Positions 29,142-40,242 are shown, numbered from the stretch's first letter. The stretch is DNA of 64,000 bases from an uncultured Acidobacteriota bacterium (GCA_964645975.1 CAZYAF010000022.1:187-64186); one strand, 5' to 3'. The notes: generated by a model not told the origin, from the letters alone. Program-made: numbers and translations.

Positions 29142-32100
29142 TTATACAAAAACACAATTTTTCCCTTTTCGCTTGGCTTTTAATAGATTCCTATCAGCCT
29201 GTTCTAAAAGGGATTCCTTGGTTCTAACATCTTGAGTTTCTGTTGATGACAAACCAAGGCTTATAGTTATTTTTAAAGCTTTTCCTTTCCAAATAAAGTC
29301 ATATGTTTCTACTAATTTTCTGATTTTCTCAGCAACTTTGACTGATGTTTTTAAATCATTTTCTAATAATAGAATTACAAACTCCTCTCCCCCATAACGG
29401 GCAAAAATATCGCTTTTCCTAACTTTTTTATTCACTATTGTTACAATTTCAGAAAGAATAAAATCACCCGCTCTATGCCCATAGATATCATTAATTTTCT
29501 TAAAATCATCAATATCAAACATAATACAAGAAAGGGGTAGTTTGGAACGCTGTGCTCTATTGAAATTGAGCATTAAAGCTTCCTGGAAAAATCTATGGTT
29601 ATATATTTTGGTAAGTCCATCTTTTACGGAAAGCTCTCGAAGTATGGCATTAGCCTCTTCAAGCTGCTGGTTTTTTTCATTTAATTCCTCATTAAGCCTA
29701 ATAATCTGCTCTTCCATTCTTTTACGCTCGGAAATATCAGTCACTATACCAAGAATTGCATTATCATCTTCATAATGAATTAACTTAGTAGTAACTATTG
29801 CCTCAATCTTTTTTCCGCTTTTTGTAATGAGGGAATACTCGTAGGGCTCAACATCTTGACCTGCTAAATGTCTTTCAAAATTAGCTTTAATTAAGTCTTT
29901 CGATTCTGGAGCCATAATTCGCAGGAAATCAAAACCAGGGGAATAAAATTCTTCTCTTTTATATCCCATAACATCTTCACATCTTTTATTTGTATATACT
30001 ATTTTGCCTTTTTTATTTATAAAAATCATATTGGGTGATTGTTCTGCAAGGCTTCTAAATTTCTCTTCGCTTTCTTTCAGGGCTTCTTCAGCATGTTTGC
30101 GCTCCGTTATATCTACTGATATTCCTATTATACCGATTATTTTACCGGACTCACTTTTGTAAGGTATTTTATCTGTGCTCACCCACATCACCCTATCAGG
30201 TGTTTCTACCAATTCTTCTATGTGTCTTTTGGGCTTGCCAGATTTCATTACATTTTCATTATCATTTTGAAATTTCTGGGCCATTTCTTCAGGGTAAAAA
30301 TCAAAAATTGATTTACCTTTTATATCGTCGGGTGATTTGCGAAGTGCAGCAGCAAATGCTGCATTAACTCTAATAAATTTTCCATCTTCATCAATCCAAA
30401 AAATCATCGCAGGAACCGTACCGAGTAATATTGCCTGCTCTTCGGAAATTCTCTGTATCACTTCCTCTACCTTTTTACGTTCCGTAATGTCACGAGCTAT
30501 GCTAAGGATAGCTGGTTTTCCTGAATACTCAATAATTCTACTGCTCAATTCTATGGGAATAATAGTTCCGTCACTGCGAAGATGAGCCGTCTCAAAGAAA
30601 GCATGTCCATTCTTAAGAATTTCCTGCATCCGCTCAGGAACTAAAGGTGCATACTCAGGAGTATCTATGTCCATAGGTTTCAATTTTAATAATTCCTCAC
30701 GTTTGTAACCCAATTTTTTGCAGGCAATATCATTTACCTCTAACAACTTACCTTTTAAGTCATGAATGAAAATGCCATCGCTTGCATTATCAAAAAGAGT
30801 CCGATAACGATTTTCTGATTCCCTTAACGCATCTTCCATTTGCTTTCGCTCAGTGATGTCTCTTATGGTTACAAAATCAGCCGGCCTTCCTTGATATTGG
30901 ATTAAACCCGAAGTAACTTCCACATACATTTTACTGTTGTCTTTGCGTCTGAGGATTGTTTGATATTCACGATCTATTAGCTCATTTGTCATATGCCTCT
31001 TATAACGTTCAAGAGCTTTAGGAACTTCGCTCGGGTAAATATAGTTGGTAAAAGGAGTATCTATAGCTTCTTCTATATTTCCTCCCCACATTTCTACCAT
31101 ACGCGGATTTGCATATTTGACCAATCCATCCTGAATAATGACAATGCCATCATTTGCTAACTCCACTAAACTGCGATATTTATCTTCACTCTCTCGCAAT
31201 GCATCTTCTGACCGTTTACGATCCGTTATATCTAAATAAGCGATTTGTACGGCTGCTTCTCCCTTATATTGTATTCGATTCGATAAAGCTTCTACCCAAC
31301 GTATTGCCCCATCTTTTCTTTTGAAACGGAATTCTACTCTTGATGGTGTTGGTTTACCATCCAGAACATCCTGAAGATTCTTTTCTAACCATTCTTGGTC
31401 TTCAGGATGAACCAATGCTTTGATATCGTTTTGAGATAATGTTGTAAGTTCTTCATTAGTATAGCCAATTAATTTTGATATAATAGGATTACCGAATACT
31501 ATACGATTATCTTGAATAATTGCAAATCCCTGCAAAGAGTGTTCAATTAATTTTCTATAAGCTTCTTCTGATTGCTTCCGTTCTGTGATATCCCTCGAAA
31601 TTAAAAGAAAACCATCTTTAATAATATTTGCTGTGCTCTCAAAGTAATGCCAGTTTCCTTTTTTATCTCTCACACGACATTCAATTGTTTCGCTATAATC
31701 CTGATATTTTTGTAAAAGTTGCTCATTAAATTTCAAATTAACATATTTTTTCAACAATGGCAGCAGCTTCTTCCTATCTTCAAGATGAATAAGCTCTAAA
31801 ACTGGTTTGCCTAAAAGCTCTTCGGGAACATATCCAAGAACTTTCTTCTGAGAAGGGCTAATATAGGTGAAAACTGGATTTACATCATATGTTAAAATAA
31901 TAATCACATCACTTGTGTTTTCACTTATTAACCTATACTGTTCTTCAGATTTTTTAAGTGCTTCCTCTGCCTTTTTTCGTTCGGTAATATCTCTAATTGT
32001 TGCAATAAAACCTTTCGGCTTCCCGTAAATATTTTTAAGTAAAGCTGCACTAATTTCGCCTATAAAATGGCTTCCATCTCTCCTGAGCAAATAATATTCT

Positions 32101-32936
32101 TTATTATGAGCAAACCCTTTATTTAAAGTTACTTCCAGGTTTTTTTTAGCTTTTTCTCTATCTCCTGGAGCAATAAGTTCAAATACGTTCTTCCCGACCA
32201 ATTCATTTGGTTTTTTATAGCCATGTAGTTGGAGTGTTCTCTGAGATACTTCAATTATATTACCTTTTAAGTCAGTTGCTGTTACAGCATCTGGTGAGGT
32301 TTCTAATAATGTTTTATAAATATCTATTGTCTCCTGGAACTTCTCTTCTTTTCGTTTCCACTCAATTGCTACGGCAATATGCTCAGAAACATAAATCAAT
32401 AATTGCAGCTCTTTTTCTGTATAGAGGAATTTATCATCATAGCTCTGGACTGCAATTACACCAATAATCCCTTGAGGAGTTTTAAGAGGAGCACCAAGCC
32501 ATATAAATGAATCTGGTCTGATTAATTCCACTTCTCCCTTTTGGCGCAGATTTTCGAAGAGAACTTCATCAACAAGCAAAGGTTTACCCTTTCTACGTAC
32601 ATAATCTGTTAAACTTTTTTCGAGTGACTGTGGTGAGAAATCATCATCATGTTGATCTCTATGGTAAGGAAAAGTATATAAGCGTTTTTCTCTATCATAA
32701 AGAGCGATAAAAAAATTGGTAGTGTCGATTAGTGTCCCAAGTTTTTGATGCACTACTTTAAGTAAATCATCAAGATTTTTTGAAGTACATGTCGCTTTTG
32801 ATATGTTTAATAAGACTGTTTGGATTTTCTCAGATTGATGGAGATTTTTTGAGGTTTTTCGCAGTTCAGCACATTTTTTATGTGACTCACTTACTTCATC
32901 CACGAGTTGCTTATTATTTTTTTCTTTATTTTTCAA
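29142..32936 (-). CDS. sensor diguanylate cyclase: GAF + ~8 PAS/PAC + GGDEF
   Basis: 1264 aa. Repeated PAS hallmarks (..ITERK..EE.L..SEE.YR.L.E...D.I..) appear about 8 times. C-terminal GGDEF domain (..RYGGEEFVILL..) follows a coiled coil. Confidence 0.85.
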   Translation of the reverse strand: MKNKEKNNKQLVDEVSESHKKCAELRKTSKNLHQSEKIQTVLLNISKATCTSKNLDDLLKVVHQKLGTLIDTTNFFIALYDREKRLYTFPYHRDQHDDDFSPQSLEKSLTDYVRRKGKPLLVDEVLFENLRQKGEVELIRPDSFIWLGAPLKTPQGIIGVIAVQSYDDKFLYTEKELQLLIYVSEHIAVAIEWKRKEEKFQETIDIYKTLLETSPDAVTATDLKGNIIEVSQRTLQLHGYKKPNELVGKNVFELIAPGDREKAKKNLEVTLNKGFAHNKEYYLLRRDGSHFIGEISAALLKNIYGKPKGFIATIRDITERKKAEEALKKSEEQYRLISENTSDVIIILTYDVNPVFTYISPSQKKVLGYVPEELLGKPVLELIHLEDRKKLLPLLKKYVNLKFNEQLLQKYQDYSETIECRVRDKKGNWHYFESTANIIKDGFLLISRDITERKQSEEAYRKLIEHSLQGFAIIQDNRIVFGNPIISKLIGYTNEELTTLSQNDIKALVHPEDQEWLEKNLQDVLDGKPTPSRVEFRFKRKDGAIRWVEALSNRIQYKGEAAVQIAYLDITDRKRSEDALRESEDKYRSLVELANDGIVIIQDGLVKYANPRMVEMWGGNIEEAIDTPFTNYIYPSEVPKALERYKRHMTNELIDREYQTILRRKDNSKMYVEVTSGLIQYQGRPADFVTIRDITERKQMEDALRESENRYRTLFDNASDGIFIHDLKGKLLEVNDIACKKLGYKREELLKLKPMDIDTPEYAPLVPERMQEILKNGHAFFETAHLRSDGTIIPIELSSRIIEYSGKPAILSIARDITERKKVEEVIQRISEEQAILLGTVPAMIFWIDEDGKFIRVNAAFAAALRKSPDDIKGKSIFDFYPEEMAQKFQNDNENVMKSGKPKRHIEELVETPDRVMWVSTDKIPYKSESGKIIGIIGISVDITERKHAEEALKESEEKFRSLAEQSPNMIFINKKGKIVYTNKRCEDVMGYKREEFYSPGFDFLRIMAPESKDLIKANFERHLAGQDVEPYEYSLITKSGKKIEAIVTTKLIHYEDDNAILGIVTDISERKRMEEQIIRLNEELNEKNQQLEEANAILRELSVKDGLTKIYNHRFFQEALMLNFNRAQRSKLPLSCIMFDIDDFKKINDIYGHRAGDFILSEIVTIVNKKVRKSDIFARYGGEEFVILLLENDLKTSVKVAEKIRKLVETYDFIWKGKALKITISLGLSSTETQDVRTKESLLEQADRNLLKAKRKGKNCVFV

Positions 32937-32968
32937 TTTTTTTTCTCGTTATAAAAAAGCAATCTTAT

Positions 32969-33307
32969 TTAAACTCTACCATATTGATCCTCTAACCGAA
33001 CAACATCATCTAAATGGGGAGTGGAAACCTCGAAAAGTTCACATTCTTCCAATGCTGAAAAGCGATGTTTTATTCCGGGAGCGATATGAAAATATTCTCC
33101 TCTACGCAAAAGTAGCTCAACCATATTTCCACCTTTTTCTATCTCTAATCTCATCAATCCTTGGCTAAGGTAAATAGTTTCTTCTTTGATTTTATGATAT
33201 TGCAAGCTCAATCGCTCGTTTTTGTTGATATGAAGTATCTTACCAACATAATTATCAGTATGTGCAAATATAAGTTCATATCCCCAAGGTTTATCAACTT
33301 TCTCCAT
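32969..33307 (-). CDS. cupin-domain protein (mannose-6-phosphate-isomerase-type small cupin)
   Basis: ..KPWGYELIF..G...HIAPGIKHRF.. are cupin motifs. AGGTG lies before ATG 33307; the listed ORF extends to 33322, directly abutting the ptsI stop. Confidence 0.6.
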   Translation of the reverse strand: MEKVDKPWGYELIFAHTDNYVGKILHINKNERLSLQYHKIKEETIYLSQGLMRLEIEKGGNMVELLLRRGEYFHIAPGIKHRFSALEECELFEVSTPHLDDVVRLEDQYGRV

Positions 33308-33322
33308 TTTACACCTGCTCAT

Positions 33323-35101
33323 TTAATTTACTATCTTATTCTCAATTCCTGCTAAAAATCCATCCGGAAATAAGCTGGCCATTTTTTCCAAGGCATATTC
33401 TTCTACTTCTCGAGCTGTGGAAAGCTCAAGCATCTTAACAGCAATTGTTTTTGCTTGGCTATAACGAAGTGTTCTTATCATTCCCTTTATTTTTGGAATT
33501 GAGGCTGGATTCATGCTGAGCTGTTTTAATCCAAGTCCCAATAATATAATTATAAAAAGAGGATCAGAAGCCATCTCTCCACACAAACCGACTTCTATTC
33601 CCTCCTTATTAGCTGAATCTATTATAAATTTTAGACTTCTCAGGATGGCTGGGTGTAAAGGTTGAAATAGATGGGATACCTGAGCATTAGTACGATCTAC
33701 TGCTAAAAAATACTGGATAAGATCATTAGTCCCTATGGTAAAAAAATCGGCTTCACGGGCTAAAAGATCAGCTATAGCTGCAGCTGATGGAACTTCTATC
33801 ATTACGCCTAAAGGTACTTTTTCTCCATAGGGTAATTTTTGTTGTTTCAACTCTTCTTGTGTCTCTTTAACCAAGGATTTTACCTGCCTGAACTCCTCCA
33901 CACCTGAAATCATCGGAATAATAATTTTTATATTACCATAACATGCTGCTTGAAGAAGGGCTCGTAATTGGGTTCTGAAAACCTCTCTATTATTCAAACA
34001 ATAGCGGACCGCTCTTAATCCTAATACCGGATTTGGCTCTGATCTTCCATATGGAGAAGGATTAATTTTCTCGCCTCCTAAATCTAAAGTGCGAATCATA
34101 ACCGGATAGGATTTGAGTTTCTGCGCAATACTCCTGTATGTTTTTAATTGTTCCTCTTCACCTGGTAGATAAAAATTAGGTTTTAAAAAAAGAAATTCAG
34201 TACGATATAATCCTATACCTTTTGCTCCATATTTGATTGCGGGTTCAACCTCATCTGGCATTTCTATATTAGCCTGTAACTCAATTGTAACTCCATCTAT
34301 TGTTTTGGACTCAAGGTCTTTAGTTTTTAACAGTTGTTTATCTAAATTTTTATATCGTAATTGCTTATTTTTATACTCATTAATTATGCTTATATCTGGA
34401 TTGAGAATTAAGATGCCTTCATCACCATCAATAATTATTTGCTCTTTATCCTCAATCATCTGACAAAGATTATGCAAACCTGCAACTGCGGGTATATGCA
34501 ATGATCTCGCCAATATTGCAGTATGCGAGTCTCGTCCGCCGGCTTCAGTAGCAAAGCCTAAAATGTATTGATTACTCATTTGAGCTAAGCGAGAAGGGCT
34601 AAGCTCAGGTGCTACCAATATTACTTCTTCTTGGAGTGGCATTTTGCTCTCTGTGCCTGTATTGTTAAGATTTTTTAATATTCGGCGACAAATATCTTTT
34701 ATATCTGTAATTCTATCTTTTAAGTACGCATCATCGAAAGCATCAAATATTCTTATCATTCGATCCATTACTGTTTTAACGGCCCAATCAGCATTGGCTT
34801 GCTCTTTTTCTATCACCATTTCTACTTGCTTAATTAATGTTTTATCTTCTAATATTAATATGTGGGCATCAAAAATATAAGCTAAAGCTTCGCCAATCTC
34901 ATTCAAAATTTTTCTTCTCAAGGTTATGAGCTGAGTTTTGGATTTTTCAAGTGCTTTAAAGAAACGCTGCTTCTCCCTTTTAGCTTGATCAGGACTTAAA
35001 CTCTTTTGAACAATAGGTATTTCTTGTCTTTGTAGAATTTGAGCTTTTCCAATAGCAATACCAGAAGATACGGCTATCCCCTTGAGTATCTTTTCTGGCA
35101 T
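33323..35101 (-). CDS. ptsI: phosphoenolpyruvate-protein phosphotransferase (PTS enzyme I)
   Basis: ..LKGIAVSSGIAIGKA.. and ..GGRDSHTAILARSLHIPAVAG.. (active-site His region). Start set at ATG 35101, which is preceded by AAGGGAGAAAGA. Confidence 0.85.
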   Translation of the reverse strand: MPEKILKGIAVSSGIAIGKAQILQRQEIPIVQKSLSPDQAKREKQRFFKALEKSKTQLITLRRKILNEIGEALAYIFDAHILILEDKTLIKQVEMVIEKEQANADWAVKTVMDRMIRIFDAFDDAYLKDRITDIKDICRRILKNLNNTGTESKMPLQEEVILVAPELSPSRLAQMSNQYILGFATEAGGRDSHTAILARSLHIPAVAGLHNLCQMIEDKEQIIIDGDEGILILNPDISIINEYKNKQLRYKNLDKQLLKTKDLESKTIDGVTIELQANIEMPDEVEPAIKYGAKGIGLYRTEFLFLKPNFYLPGEEEQLKTYRSIAQKLKSYPVMIRTLDLGGEKINPSPYGRSEPNPVLGLRAVRYCLNNREVFRTQLRALLQAACYGNIKIIIPMISGVEEFRQVKSLVKETQEELKQQKLPYGEKVPLGVMIEVPSAAAIADLLAREADFFTIGTNDLIQYFLAVDRTNAQVSHLFQPLHPAILRSLKFIIDSANKEGIEVGLCGEMASDPLFIIILLGLGLKQLSMNPASIPKIKGMIRTLRYSQAKTIAVKMLELSTAREVEEYALEKMASLFPDGFLAGIENKIVN

Positions 35102-35114
35102 TCTTTCTCCCTTA

Positions 35115-35375
35115 TTATTCAAATCCTTTTTTTACTAATTCTGCTAAAGCTTTCGTAGCAATTTCTTCATCTTCTCCATTAGCAGATATCTCAATAATAG
35201 TTCCATAAGCAGCAGCCAGCATTAGTATACCTAATATGCTTTTACCATCAACCACTATCCCATCTTTTATGATATTTATTTGGCTTTTAAATTTAGAGGC
35301 CCGATGAACAAATTTTGCAGCTGCTCTTGCATGTAAACCGAGCTGATTTACAATCTCCACTTTTTTGGAAACCAA
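35115..35375 (-). CDS. ptsH: phosphocarrier protein HPr
   Basis: ..VEIVNQLGLHARAAAKFV.. contains the HPr His15 region. TTG start at 35375 with GGAGG 5 nt upstream. The listed ORF (to 35426) adds an implausible 17 aa. Confidence 0.75.
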   Translation of the reverse strand: MVSKKVEIVNQLGLHARAAAKFVHRASKFKSQINIIKDGIVVDGKSILGILMLAAAYGTIIEISANGEDEEIATKALAELVKKGFE

Positions 35376-35388
35376 AATAGCCTCCTCA

Positions 35389-35802
35389 TTATTGTTTTTT
35401 ATAGGATGAAAGAATTTCACTTGCAATATATATGCTCTGCTGTCCTCGTTCCTTTACTTTTGTGGCAATATCCTTAAGTGGGAGCTGTTCCTTTTGTTGA
35501 CTTATAAGCTTTAATAACATTGGCAAATTAACTCCAGTGACAATCTCAATTTTGTTAGGTTTCAGGAAAGAAAGTCCTAAATTTGTTGGTGTACCACCAA
35601 AAATATCTGTAAGAATAATTACACCGTTATCACTGCTTAATTTTTTTAGTACTTCCTGAATTTTCTGTTTAGCCATCTCAACATCGTCATTCCATCCTAA
35701 GGAAAAAGCTTCTACATTCTCAATTTCTCCAACTATCATCTCTGCAGCATTTACCAACTCATGCGCAAGCTTGCCATGAGTAATAACTAAAACTCCAACC
35801 AT
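35389..35802 (-). CDS. PTS EIIA component, mannose/fructose family
   Basis: MVGVLVITHGKLAHELVNAAEMIVGE is the typical EIIA-Man N-terminus with the phosphorylatable His. Confidence 0.75.
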   Translation of the reverse strand: MVGVLVITHGKLAHELVNAAEMIVGEIENVEAFSLGWNDDVEMAKQKIQEVLKKLSSDNGVIILTDIFGGTPTNLGLSFLKPNKIEIVTGVNLPMLLKLISQQKEQLPLKDIATKVKERGQQSIYIASEILSSYKKQ

Positions 35803-35860
35803 TCGTTACTCCCTTGTGATTATTAAATAGCTTTTATTAATAATATAGATATTTAATTTT

Positions 35861-36727
35861 TTATTCTTTTTCAATATCTCTATGATATAAACGTATCTGG
35901 TAACCTTCTTTTTGCAGCGCATCAACCAAATCATCTGCAAATACTACCGAACGATGCCTTCCTCCTGTACATCCTATTGATAGGGTTAAATTTGATTTAC
36001 CTTCTTGAGCATACTGAGGTAATAGATAAAGAATATATTCCTCAGTGCGTTTAAAAAACTCTTTATACCGTGATTTTGAAGTTACAAATTGTCTTACTTC
36101 TTCTTCTGTACCCTTTTTATCCCTTAAATCATTCTGAAAATAAGGATTTGGCAAAAATCTTAAATCAAACATTAAATCAGAATCATAGGGGATACCATAT
36201 TTAAATCCAAAACTAATAATTGAGATATGAAGTAATTTAGGATGGCTTCCGCCAGATAAATAGTCCAAGATATAATGTCTTAAATCATTCACATTAAATC
36301 TCGAAGTATTAATAATCTTATCTGCTTCTGTTCTGATATTCTCAAGCAGCTTTCTTTCTTCGCGTATTTTTTGCAATATAGTAGCTTCTCTTTTTAAAGG
36401 GTGCCTTCTTCGAGTCTCGCTGAAGCGTCTTACTAATACTTCATCAGTGGCCTCTAAGAATATAAGTTTAACATTTTTTGTATTCTTCTTTAAGTGGGAA
36501 TAGATTTTATGGAAATCTGAGAGAAAATCTCTATCGCGAATATCGATAACTGCGGCAAAATTATTTATCTGCTCATTAGATTTTTTGCAAAGGTCCAGGA
36601 ATTTTGGTAGTAGCCTTACCGGTAGATTATCAATACAAAAGTATCCTTGATCCTCAAAGCAATCATTAACTAAACTCTTCCCCGAGCCAGAAAGGCCGCT
36701 GATGATAAAAAAATTATTAATTGTCAT
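35861..36727 (-). CDS. rapZ: RNase adapter protein RapZ (YvcJ/YhbJ P-loop NTPase)
   Basis: ..FIISGLSGSGKSLVNDCFEDQGYFCIDNLP.. P-loop and C-terminal ..GCTGGRHRSV.. motif. Confidence 0.85.
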   Translation of the reverse strand: MTINNFFIISGLSGSGKSLVNDCFEDQGYFCIDNLPVRLLPKFLDLCKKSNEQINNFAAVIDIRDRDFLSDFHKIYSHLKKNTKNVKLIFLEATDEVLVRRFSETRRRHPLKREATILQKIREERKLLENIRTEADKIINTSRFNVNDLRHYILDYLSGGSHPKLLHISIISFGFKYGIPYDSDLMFDLRFLPNPYFQNDLRDKKGTEEEVRQFVTSKSRYKEFFKRTEEYILYLLPQYAQEGKSNLTLSIGCTGGRHRSVVFADDLVDALQKEGYQIRLYHRDIEKE

Positions 36728-37713
36728 TCTAAATCTTCTTTTTCTAAACGAGGCAAAGCCTCTTCAAATTTCTTTATAAGAGAGCGATCATGTTCTTTGA
36801 TAAATTCCCTTGCCGCATCATACCCCTTGATTTTTAGTAAATAATTTCTGGCAGCAACTTCTACTAATATTGCAATATTTCGACCAGGTGCCACGGGCAT
36901 ACGAATTAAAGGTATCTTTACTCCTAATATTTCTCTACTTTCATCCTCGATTCCCAACCTATCATATGCCTTATCTTTATCCCATAATTCCATAAGAACC
37001 ACTAATTCAATCCTTTTTTTATATCTTATTGAAGTAACACCGAAGAGATCTCTAATATTAATCAATCCTAATCCTCTTAGCTCCATCTTATATCGAATAG
37101 TTTCTGAACCACTACCAATGAGTATATTATCTGCTCTTTTTTTTATTTGAATTGCATCATCGCTTACCAAGCGATGTCCTCTTACGATCAGATCAAGAGC
37201 ACATTCACTTTTTCCTACTCCTGATCCTCCTAACAGCAAAATTCCTACTCCATAGACATCAATCAGAACACCATGAATTGTAATCATTGGTGCCATCTTT
37301 ATGCTTAATAGATCGCTCATTTTATCAAAGCAATCCTCATCGGAAAGTGCAGCGCTTAATAATGGTACTTTATATTTATTAGATATTTTTTTAATTTCTT
37401 TTGGAATATTAGCTTTACCGGTAATAATAATGCAGGCAACATTTATCGAAGAAATATTTTCTAATATTTCCTTTCTTTTATTAGATGGTATCTTGCTTAA
37501 ATATTTTAGTTCATTGCTATTAAACACTAATATACTACCTGAAGGTAGATATTCTGGATATCCATATAATATCATTCCTGGTCTTTGTACCTTGGAATTT
37601 GATACCTTTTTCTTCAGTCCACCTTCTCCTGCAATAAGCTTGAGCTCCAATTCTTTTGATTTTTCAGACAATAGCTCTTTTACTGTTATAGAAACGGTCT
37701 TCACTTCTTTCAT
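36724..37713 (-). CDS. hprK: HPr kinase/phosphorylase
   Basis: ..GVLIDVYGVGILLLGGSGVGKSECALDLIVRGHRLVSDD.. contains the HprK Walker A and signature. 4-nt overlap with rapZ. Confidence 0.85.
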   Translation of the reverse strand: MKEVKTVSITVKELLSEKSKELELKLIAGEGGLKKKVSNSKVQRPGMILYGYPEYLPSGSILVFNSNELKYLSKIPSNKRKEILENISSINVACIIITGKANIPKEIKKISNKYKVPLLSAALSDEDCFDKMSDLLSIKMAPMITIHGVLIDVYGVGILLLGGSGVGKSECALDLIVRGHRLVSDDAIQIKKRADNILIGSGSETIRYKMELRGLGLINIRDLFGVTSIRYKKRIELVVLMELWDKDKAYDRLGIEDESREILGVKIPLIRMPVAPGRNIAILVEVAARNYLLKIKGYDAAREFIKEHDRSLIKKFEEALPRLEKEDLE

Positions 37714-37750
37714 TTTATATTATCAATATATTAATGAAATTATGGAAAAA

Positions 37751-38239
37751 TTAATCCCTATTCTCCCACTCTTTAATTACCTTTATAATTTCGTCAGCAT
37801 TTTTTGCATCTATTAATGCTTTTTTAGCCTTCTCCTGTCGGGCAATGTGGGAGATAGCAGCAAGAGCTGAGAGATGCTCTTCAGTAGACTTCTGTGGGGA
37901 CACCAGAAGGAAAAAAAGGTAAGTAGGCTTATCGTCAACTGAGTTAAAATTTACTCCATGTCGAGAAATACCCATAGCAGCAAATGTATTGTTAGCTTCA
38001 TCCAGCTTACAATGGGGAATAGCAATTCCATTGTCTATTGCTGTGCTACCAAGCTCCTCTCTAACAATCAATTCTTTAAGAAATTTATCTCTGTTAGCTA
38101 TCAAACCTTGTAAATAAAGAAGTTGCGCAAACTCCTCTAAGATCTCTACAGCTTTTTTTCCTTTTAAGGAATGAATAATCAAATCTTTTTTTAAATATTC
38201 AGATAATCTATTCATTGATCTAATCATACTGTGGCTCAA
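37751..38239 (-). CDS. ptsN: PTS EIIA-Ntr (PtsN, fructose-type EIIA)
   Basis: ..TAIDNGIAIPHCKL.. active-site His region. The start may be an internal ATG, because the ORF overlaps the hpf stop by 20 nt. Confidence 0.8.
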   Translation of the reverse strand: MSHSMIRSMNRLSEYLKKDLIIHSLKGKKAVEILEEFAQLLYLQGLIANRDKFLKELIVREELGSTAIDNGIAIPHCKLDEANNTFAAMGISRHGVNFNSVDDKPTYLFFLLVSPQKSTEEHLSALAAISHIARQEKAKKALIDAKNADEIIKVIKEWENRD

Positions 38240-38771
38240 TTAAGCCCAAATTTCCATCTTTACGTTTATAGAGAACATTTATTTTTTGGTTTTCTGAATT
38301 TCTAAACACAATAAACTGTTCATTTGCTACGCCAAGTTGAAGCGCAGCTTCTTCTACAGTCATCGGTTTTAAGGTAACATGAGGGGACTTAATAATGCAA
38401 AATTCATCTGGCTTAATATTCTCACCTGGAACTGAAATGTTCCAGCTATTATAAGGGGTTTGTTGTTTTTTTCTCGTTTTTCTTTTCTTGCCCCATAATT
38501 TTTGCCTTAATCTCTTAGCCTGTTTTTCAATTTTATTAACCGTCAGCCCTATTGATGCATACATATCGTCTGTTTCTTCACTACCACTTAAAGTTAAAGA
38601 ACGAGTCTTTATAATAATTTCTGATATTTGTCTATGTTTTTCTATTGATAAGGTTACATGTGCTTCAGCACTGTCATCTAAATATTTCTCAATTTTTTTT
38701 AATTTCTTTTCCGTAAATTCCTTTAAGGCTGGCGTTATCTCCAAATGTCGCCCTGCAAATTCTATGTTCAC
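38220..38771 (-). CDS. hpf: ribosome hibernation promoting factor, long form
   Basis: MNIEFAGRHLEITPALKEFTEKKLKKIEKYL.. plus the long-HPF C-terminal dimerisation domain; 183 aa. Confidence 0.8.
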   Translation of the reverse strand: MNIEFAGRHLEITPALKEFTEKKLKKIEKYLDDSAEAHVTLSIEKHRQISEIIIKTRSLTLSGSEETDDMYASIGLTVNKIEKQAKRLRQKLWGKKRKTRKKQQTPYNSWNISVPGENIKPDEFCIIKSPHVTLKPMTVEEAALQLGVANEQFIVFRNSENQKINVLYKRKDGNLGLIEPQYD

Positions 38772-38803
38772 CCTTATCTCCTTATATTTATATAAAACTA
38801 TAC

Positions 38804-40240
38804 TTATGTTATTCTCTTTCGCTCCTTCGATGAGGGTATATTATACTCATCTCTATATTTAGCTACAGTCCTACGAGCAATGTGCAACCCATCTTTTCTT
38901 AATAATGAAGCTATTTTTTCATCACTAAGGGGATAGCTTTTATCCTCAGCATTAATGAGCTTCCTTATCATATTTTTTACTTTTAATGAGGATATGCTTT
39001 CTCCGCTTCTACTGCTTAAACCGCTATGGAAAAAATGTTTCATCTCATATATTCCCTGCGGAGTATGCATATATTTATTAGTGACTATTCGGCTTACCGT
39101 TGACTCGTGCATTCCAACATCCAACGCAATATCGCTCAATGTCATAGGTTTCATATAATCAACTCCTTTTTCAAGAAATTCTCGCTGTTCCTTAACTATA
39201 CTCCTGCTTACTTTATAAATACTTTGCTGTCTCTGTTCATAACTTTTAACCAGCCATACTGCAGATCGAAGTTTCTCTTTTATATATTGTGCAACATTTT
39301 CTGAAACATTGGCATCTCTTTCTAACATGCGACGATAAAATGGGCTGATTCTTAGCCGAGGTAAACCATCCTCATTTAATATTACTTCATAATCTTCACC
39401 AACTTTCATAACGAAAACATCAGGTACAACGTAAATTGTGTCATCAAAAGCAAATTTGCTGCCTGGTTTTGGGTCCAGCCTCTTTATAATTTCAATATGA
39501 TGCTCCAGGCTTTCTAAAGAACATCCTATTGCTTTGGCAAGCTTTTTATATTGTCGGCTTTCTAAAAGTTCACTATATTCTTTAATAATAAGTTCAGTAG
39601 GTGTATCTCCTAAATTTAAATATTTTAATTGGATGAGTAGACATTCCTTTAAATCTCTTGCTCCAACTCCAATTGGATCGAAGCTCTGAATTATTTTAAG
39701 GGTATCCTGTACTTCCTCAGGCTTATAACACCCCATCTGGTTTATTTCTTCTATAGAAGCCTTCAAATAGCCATCTTCATCTAAGTTGCCTATTATATCT
39801 ATACCAATCTTTTTTTGCAATGGAGTTATATTGGAGAGATTTAATTGCCATATTAAATGGTCGCTCAATCTGGTTGGCTTCACTACCATATTTTCAATGG
39901 GAGGTATCTCGGTTGAGGAACTCGAGTAATAATGATATTCATATCCTTGGTAATCTTGAAAATAAGAGTTTATATCAATTTCATCAAAAGAATTTTTTGA
40001 GCTTACTTCAGATTCTTCTTCCTCTTCTTTATATGGCGCTGTTTGCATTTGCTCGTCAATTTCAACCACTTCTTCAGGCTTCTCATCAAGCAAAGGATTT
40101 TCATCCATCTCCTGTCGTATTGTAGTCTGCAGTTCCAGCTTTGATAGCTGTAATAATTTTATAGCTTGCTGAAGGCTTGGCGTCAGAACAAGCTTCTGCA
40201 CAAGTTTTGGTGATAACTTGGGTTTCATCTCCATAGGCAT
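38804..40240 (-). CDS. rpoN: RNA polymerase sigma-54 factor
   Basis: RpoN box ..ARRTVAKYRDE.., a C-terminal HTH and an N-terminal Gln/Leu-rich region I; 478 aa. Confidence 0.9.
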   Translation of the reverse strand: MPMEMKPKLSPKLVQKLVLTPSLQQAIKLLQLSKLELQTTIRQEMDENPLLDEKPEEVVEIDEQMQTAPYKEEEEESEVSSKNSFDEIDINSYFQDYQGYEYHYYSSSSTEIPPIENMVVKPTRLSDHLIWQLNLSNITPLQKKIGIDIIGNLDEDGYLKASIEEINQMGCYKPEEVQDTLKIIQSFDPIGVGARDLKECLLIQLKYLNLGDTPTELIIKEYSELLESRQYKKLAKAIGCSLESLEHHIEIIKRLDPKPGSKFAFDDTIYVVPDVFVMKVGEDYEVILNEDGLPRLRISPFYRRMLERDANVSENVAQYIKEKLRSAVWLVKSYEQRQQSIYKVSRSIVKEQREFLEKGVDYMKPMTLSDIALDVGMHESTVSRIVTNKYMHTPQGIYEMKHFFHSGLSSRSGESISSLKVKNMIRKLINAEDKSYPLSDEKIASLLRKDGLHIARRTVAKYRDEYNIPSSKERKRIT

Positions 40241-40242
40241 GA